DNA of 64,000 bases from Tubulanus polymorphus (Eukaryota > Animalia > Nemertea): contig NC_134026.1 of NCBI RefSeq assembly GCF_964204645.1, forward strand, positions 17,828,150 through 17,892,149, in the 5' to 3' direction. This document shows positions 39,616 through 64,000 of the stretch, piece by piece (position 1 is the stretch's first letter; every line of letters starts with the position of its first letter). Both the position numbers and the translations under genes were made by a program. The notes beneath the pieces were generated by a model. The model was not told the DNA's origin and did no database searches. It worked only from the letters and a program-made list of their open reading frames with translations.

Positions 39616-42600
39616 ACCTCACCCTTACCCTAATCCTTACCCTCTGGACCCTAACCCTATCGAAACCCTAACCCAAACCCAATATAATGATTTTATTGTC
39701 ATATCTTATTACCATATCGCCATTGGCAAAATAGCGTTTACTAAAATAATGCCGCATTGGCAAAATATCCACTTCCTTCTTTTAAATTCACCTCTTATTA
39801 TATCATCACTACTCAGATCTCATTCAACCGATTTTTAGATTTAGCGCAGCTGAATCTATTAGTATAAAACGGAGTGCTGAATTCGTGTTGACCCCTATCT
39901 CCTAGTGTGAAATGATTCATGGGCCAAGGTCTGCATTAAGTTGGCTGTTATAATGGCAGCTAAGTGGCAACTGCTTTTGATGAAGCCTAAATTGGGTAAA
40001 TTGGCAATTTTATGCCGTTTTTTGGGGATTTTAGCGTTGTAGTGTGACGTCATCTTGATCTATTTACGTAAACAACATGAGCAGAATTGTACAACATTTG
40101 CTGTTGAATTTACAAGTAGGCTTTTTATATATTACTGATACAACATATAAAATTCTTCAATGAGAAAACTACAAGAAGAAATAAAATTGAAGATGATTTT
40201 TCATTTACTGTGCTGAAAATTGCATGTCGATGCGCAGCGTAGTTTGCAGTATTTACTGCGGAGCTGTGATGATAGCGCCCTCATTTTAGTAACATCTTAA
40301 TCACCGTTAATCTTTAGATAAAGATATTCTGTTAATAAAAAAGACTTGTTTGAAAATATTTGAAACATAAAAATAATATTTGGAATATTGAAATTAATTA
40401 TGCATACGCTCAGGATTATCTTGACGAAAAAAAACGTTTGTATCGAAATGCAGATGAATTTTAAACAATTCTAATTTGCATTAAAAACACCAAACATATC
40501 GACCAATATTGTGTGGTATATAGTTGAATTCGAACACTTGGATAGTTGCGGGTTACTCGCTATGATCGTGCCTACACGTGGGATCCGTTTGACCTCTGAA
40601 CTTTATCAGTTCATTTCTAATCTGCCGGGTCTGATAATAGTAAAATATCATTGATCATGGTTTAAAAAAAGTAATGTGCGGGGTAGATAGCTGGCCGGCT
40701 GTGTCAACTTTTACGCTCAGCAATGAGTGGAGAGACAAGGTATCAATTTTTAGCCTTAGGTCTTGGCTTTGAATCCTGAAAATCCGGACAGAGTTTGTAT
40801 GGAACTTAGAATACTTTCTCATCTCCCGATACAGCTAGATTTGATTTCAGCTTCAGCAGCAAAAATATGAATATGATATCTGAGATGCTTTTGATTTAAC
40901 GAAATCTTATAATTTATTAGGAGGCTTATGATTTATAATGATTATATGTATTTCATTTCAAAATCTATTAGGCCTACTTAAAATGGGTGACGTATTTACC
41001 TTCTCTTCCTTTTATAAACAACTGTTTGTCATTTAAAATCTAATTACCTTATACTTTCATACCATGCATTTCCTTTTATGTTAAGTATAAGCTGATAGAG
41101 CACCTTACTAAACCAATGTATGGTCTAGTATGGTGGATATGATTAACTCCTTCAATTCACTAACTTCTGCGCTGAATCTAACAGTGCCCATGGGCACCAT
41201 GTAATAAATAAACCATCATTACAAACCTCTGATCTTTCTTGTTCTTACTGCTGTGTTAGCCATCTTGTCATCCTATTTGTGTATGAGACGATTTTTCATT
41301 TTTTGAACTTCAAATATAGTCTTCGGAGTGTAAAGAATAAAAAGATAACAACATAATGTCAGTGTAAGTAGTTTATTTATTGGAATCGGATGAGTAGTTT
41401 GAGTACTGAGTGGTATAAGTGCCGACTGAGCAGGTGGCAATTTTCGACGTAAAATAACGTTTACGTGACTGGGTGGGTGGTTCACGCGTGCTAGTACACG
41501 CAGTATACGGAGCGCCATGAACCGGCTACTCTCAGGACTCGGTGAACGATACATGTAGTTCTACTTCGATCAGCCTGCATTTTCATTAAAGCAGGTGATA
41601 TTATTTTGCTGATGCGGCATTGTACCTATATAAACAACGTGAGATCTTGATGTACACTTCCAATCCTGGCAACTTTATTTAACGATTCGATTCCGTTTCT
41701 ATACCTAATGAAATGGTGCAACGGCGGGGTGTCTGCCTTGATTAGGTGTGTAATTAATGGAAAGAGCCCAAAACTTTTTTTTCTGATCCTATCATTAGCT
41801 GTAAAGCTGATCCTAGACTAACTCTCAGGACCCTCTAGACCCTTTCCTTGTCGATACCCTAAACCTATACCTAATGAAATAATATATTTTATTGCTATTT
41901 TTGTTAGTTTATCTAATTGTTGGCAAAATAGCGTTTACTAAAGTAATGACATATTGGTATTACATCAGCGGAGCTGTAGGGTTGGGGGATGAGTTGGTGT
42001 CATCTGACTGTCTGTCCAGTGTCAACTTTTATTGGTGTCACATTTTTCTCCATAACCATGAGGAATATCACAAAACTTGGTAGGCCTATACTTGTTAACG
42101 ACTTTTCAGTGGCTGAAACAGAGATTTTATCACTAATCTTAAAACAACCACTCATGCCCAGAAAGTCCTAACTAGACCGATAGCTCTGGTCATTTTTTTT
42201 TTTTACCGGGGACCTAAATCCCAGCAGGCTATTGCTGTCACTTTTCGTCCGTTCGTTGGTCTGTCCTTAGATGGAATTCAGTTATTTTGAGAAATTTTAA
42301 AGACACTTCAAAGGTTTGTTTTTATATTGGTTTTATGCATGTTATTAGTCTAGACACATGTGCAGCCCAAAAACTGGCCAAATCAGATGCAAGATGGTAG
42401 CCATTATTGATTGTCAAAAGCAGCACTTTTAACAAATTGTTGAAAATGTAATCGAAATTCTGAAGACACTTAGATCAATACCTTTCGATGTATACCCCTC
42501 TGGGCCCATTATCATAAGAGAAATTGGGTCGATTAGATTCAAGATGGCCATATTTTTGGTCAGAATTAATTTTACTAATGGTATGCCATTTCCTGTTGAA

Positions 42601-44691
42601 ATTCATGATAGGCCTAACTATTTTTTGATCGGTCATTTTTGCGTAAATGGCGGACATCTTTGTCCTACCAGTCCTCATGCATGGATGTGTAAAAGATATT
42701 TGAGGAAAACCTGAACTGATTTTATAGTCTTACTATTTGATCATTGTCAGCATTTTGTCATGAGACACATCTGAATTGGGCTTACCAAGTCTTTTGTTCT
42801 CCCCACCTGGGGGGAGTTAGATATTGCGTTTAAATATTTCTATTGGTACCTATGCATAATTTTTACCGCAATCATTATTGTAGAAATGTATTTCTGTATA
42901 AATGGGTAGCTATGCATATTTCTTAACTACAATCAATTGCAGAATTGTAGCTCATGATAAGCTCTACGATTGTGATGAGTTTCAAGGCATTGGTTTCATG
43001 TATTAAATTCACCAGGTTGTTGAATATTGAATTGTCAAGCAATTTGTCAAGTGGGTATGGTATCCCTGGGCCTCTAATTTTAAGCCTTTCATGACATCTC
43101 TGGACCCTGTCTAGGAAATAGGAATAACCAGGGTTTAGTCACTCATGCGATTTCTGGTTCATTGTAACAATTCTTAAATCTGCAGTTGCCTATTAAAGGA
43201 AGTTTTTCTTCAATATACCGGTAGGCCTAATTATTTGCGTAGCAATTTTGTATTGGACAGCACTGTCTGATGATGATTTTGAAAATTCAATTGATATCTT
43301 ATTGTTCAAAATTTGTAGACACGTCAAAAAAATAAATCTCATGAGGAAATCATACAAAGAAGATAATTGCAGAATGTGCAACTAGATTTTAGAATAAGGA
43401 ATGACCAAGTTGCACAATATTTATTAATATTTATTTTGTAATAATTGTGCAACTGAACGGCAGACTATAACGATTTCAATTGCTGACCTTTAGTCTTTTC
43501 CTAAAACACTAAACATTCTGATCAGTGATCACCGATAGGCCAACCCAGCAAAATACAAGACAGCTAGGGACCTGGTAACTTAAAATAACATTTTGCACAC
43601 CTGGGGTATGATATTCATTGTCGCAGTGTTAAAGCTCTGAGGCTGCTTGTTTAATTGAAATTGTACATGTGCTCATGATATTCTTGAATAAATTGACTGT
43701 AAGATTGTATCTACTTGCATTCCATTCAACAGTAGGGTAATTTTACCTACTTTGAAGAATTTCCAGGGATTTTACCCGCTACTGAGATAGATGCTCTCTT
43801 AGAATCCAGGAGTTTTTTGCAAAGTGAATAACCAAACGAAAAATAATTTCAGAGGCCAGTAAAGCTCCCAGACCCCCCATAATGATCCGCTGCGCTCGGG
43901 TGGCCAAATCCAACATCAACTTTTTTCAAACGGAAGTGACGATTCTTATTTCAAGGGTTCATCCTCTTCAAATAATCCTAGACTTGCCCTTGAATTTATC
44001 CAGGGCCCTGTTCTATAGACTGGTAGTATCTTTATCCCATTGGTTAACTCAATTCATTTTTGATTGAGTTAACCCTGGGATAAATTTAATACCAGTCTAT
44101 AAAACCGAACTTGAAATTAGTAGTTATCAAATGCCCCTAGAATTTTGGTGATTATAGCTCTAACATGGTTCCTACAGCCCCTCAAATCCCCCAAAAACCC
44201 CTCACATTCCAAAATCCATTTTTGAGGGTACAAAATCCCTCAAATTCTGAGTTTTAGCCCTTGGCCCCTCAAAAGTTTTGTATCTCCTATTTCTAAAGGA
44301 CCTTTCTTCAGCGACATCTCAATGTACATCATAAATGTAGTGAGACACTCAAGGCCCTACTTGATTGTTGTAGTCCATAAATCCAGAGAGTGAGGTTGCC
44401 CTTGAAAGTATAATAACCACTAATCCAGGCTCCAGGAGAGTTAGATTTCAAGGTGCTGCCACTAGACGGTACTGTATGAGCTAAATACTCAATACAGTAG
44501 GACTTACCTTAATCTACGAGCAATTATCTCAACAATTATCTCAACAATTGCTCGTAGCCTTTATACAGCCCTGTATATAAACATATAACATTGACATAAA
44601 ACTGAAATTCAAAAGGTAATTAATGATGCCATTTTAATTGGATTTCTTAAGTTAATCTATGAAAAATTTCATTTTTGCAGGATATGTGAAT

Positions 44692-61533
<16,842 letters not shown>

Positions 61534-61743
61534 GAATTTATCTTCTTTTATTTAGAAATAAAATGATGAGATACGGGTACCTGATATCCAACTACATGTG
61601 TACGTAGTAAGATACGCAACGGAAGCAGCCATTTGACATGGTTCTAATTTCAAATGATAGTTTTCAGATGAATTTAATAGTTATGAAGTACTGTCATATG
61701 CTTTTGTCAAGAGATAATACTTTATACATTAAGTCCATCCATT

Positions 61744-62467
61744 CAGGGTTCGATTTAACAGACTAACCGGAGGCCAGTGGATTTCCTGTCGGGATCATAT
61801 TCTTTACTCTTGAAATCCATCGGGCCAGTGGATGTTTAAGCTACCGCTATTAAAGTAATATAGTCTATGTGCGAACATCTGTTTGTCTGCCTCTGCATCA
61901 TGTGGTTCCTCAGTCAGCTCTCGGTATACATTCAACTCCGAATATAACTTCATGTTGGCTTCATTTCTTAGAACTGCGTGTGCAATAAGGTGCACAGTCA
62001 TCTGTATAAAGTAGAGTATGGTGGTGAGCGAAGCTAATTGACAGTATTTGATGAGGTCACATTGCTGACCGACTCAGTCGCTAGACATTGTCAGTAGGCC
62101 TATGGCTTACAACGTCGAGTAGTACAATTTAATATCATTAGACAGGCCACTGTAAGTGTTGGACCAGAATTTAGCTTCGAGATTGGTGAATTTTGAGATA
62201 TAAATCAGTTTGTGTTTATAGTTCTCAATTGAGCAGGACAATACACTATGAATGTGGGGAGTCCCCTGAAATGGTATCAAAACAATCTAATTGGGAATTA
62301 TACAATGTATTTATGAATTTATAGTTTTCCTTTAATCAGCTGTCTTTATCTACAGCAACTTGAATTGGAAAAAACACTTTGGTATAAGAACTGCAGCCAG
62401 TAAAATAATTGGAGGGCCAGTATTAAAATCAAATCCACTGGTCCTTTTGTCCTTAAATCTTACCCTG
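61744..62467. mobile_element. Possible hAT-like non-autonomous element just downstream of the LETM1 stop
   Basis: CAGGGT...ACCCTG termini with subterminal GGCCAGTGGATT / AATCCACTGGTCC; no clear TSD. Confidence 0.35.
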
Positions 62468-64000
62468 TCCTTTCCACCAATTTTAAAAGATCTTCTTTTC
62501 ATATTAATTTGTACTGATAATATCATAGAATTTTGTTGGTCTGAGTTGATACATTATATCCGAAGAATACCGTTTAGAATAATTATGTCCGATGATATCC
62601 TGTTTTGAAGTACATGTATTTTACAAATGATTACTAGAATGTCTAAGATAATATAATGAGAAAACATTTATAGCTGTAATACTACATATATTGTCATTAG
62701 GTAACTTCCTGAAAAGATCTCAAGAACTATTCGATATCAAATGGAAATTTATGGAGTTAAGAAATCTGCACCGTTTATGAATACATGTAATTGATATTGA
62801 AATATTGTTCCGTTTGTCGTGATTAGTAACTAGGTTTGAATAGGTCTAATGAAATCCCGAGTGTTCGCGTGTATATAAATATGTAGTATTTTCGTAGGTA
62901 ATCAATCATAGATTCTGAAACGTGTCTTGTTAACTGATAGATATTGTTTCAGAATGTATGCTTCTTGATGTTGTTAGTTTATAACTCCTGTAAATAGAGC
63001 ACAAGATTTGGTGTAAATATACATAGATATTTGATGAATACCGGTATATAATTTACCAATGGATGAATGGAGAAATATAGCAAATATTATATTAGATATT
63101 TAGAGTTTTTGTTTTTCTGAGCTAGAATTATCTTACAGGACCGATTCTGAAGTCTGACTTTTATGCTTTATCAGATGGAAGCCTAAAGGATAATTAAGTT
63201 TGGTGTGATTTTCTGGTAAAATCCAGATCCAAGAGGCAAAATTTCATCACAAAATCCATGGAACGAGCATATTGAAGATGTAGTATATGCCCCAAGCATG
63301 CCAAGTCTCAAAAGCATAAAAAACTAATTAGATATTAACTAAACATATGGAGAAGCACTACGAATAAAGAATGCACCATTGGGAATACAGCGAATTATTG
63401 TCACAGGGGCCAGTGTTTATCGATATAAAATAACATAATAATTAAGTTATTTTATATACATTATAGACACTGGATTAACAGATTATCGTTTTTAGTGCAT
63501 TAATCTACGGCTCTGATGCGAACCGCCTGCGTGATTATTGCCACTAAGTAGCTTTGACATTGTCCGCGTCCGTGCGGTCTGATCTGTCATGTCAGGTCCC
63601 GAAAAAACCCAAACTCATGACAATATTTGACGAAACGGCGAAATATCTAGGCATGTGCTGGACGAATGGAAGAACATTTTGAGTTGAATGAATATTCTGA
63701 CCCGTCGTTAATATCGAAAATGATTCAACAATTACGATAAGGAAATTGTTCTGACAAATAATTCATTTGAAAGGTTGATTTATAAGAAGAAAATATTTAT
63801 GTGTAAACTATGACTTATTTCTGTAATAAAGGGAAAAAATAAGTTTCAGGCATAGATGAATTAATTAATGTAGAAGTAAGAGTACATTATAAGAGAAAAT
63901 TTAGATGAATCGCTAGATGAATCGAGGTCTTGATATTTCGTTTCCGCAATAAGACAAGGAAATTATCTGCTCACTATCACAGTTCGGCAACACTCCTCAC

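Larger units (their letters stand above)
38642..39778. mobile_element. TIR element with internal CCCTAA-like tracts and a tRNA-derived segment; hosts Academ MITE copy 2
   Basis: GATATTTTGCCAATGCGGCATTATT...CGCTATTTTG is mirrored at 39720-39778; related fragments at ~16070-16813 and ~41590-41960. Confidence 0.6.

Overview
AT-rich, intron-containing animal genomic DNA; the repeat and gene content suggests a marine invertebrate (inference). Two host genes lie head-to-head: the 5' part of peroxisomal ABC transporter ABCD3/PMP70 on the minus strand (11 exons, 18371 to 575, continuing off-window) and mitochondrial LETM1 on the plus strand (about 44692-61533). The roughly 23 kb between them is almost entirely nested transposons. 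The centrepiece is a decayed AcademH(P)-type DNA transposon (about 25.4-38.6 kb). It carries a spliced Academ/DUF6589-type transposase with two tandem PHD fingers (minus strand, with a ~3.1-kb internal tandem duplication) and a divergently transcribed, spliced RecQ-like helicase (plus strand); a mirror-duplicated 53-bp module sits in front of the two start codons. Two non-autonomous TAGTC...GACTA elements flank it in opposite orientations, each with its own 9-bp TSD (one perfect, one 7/9). The window also holds Helentron-like non-autonomous repeats, a 2.3-kb solo LTR, a P-like MITE inserted into a relative's terminus, TTAA-target elements and two CR1-group LINEs, one with a 2A/StopGo-like peptide plus a PHD finger. 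All family assignments come from motifs read by eye; no searches were run.
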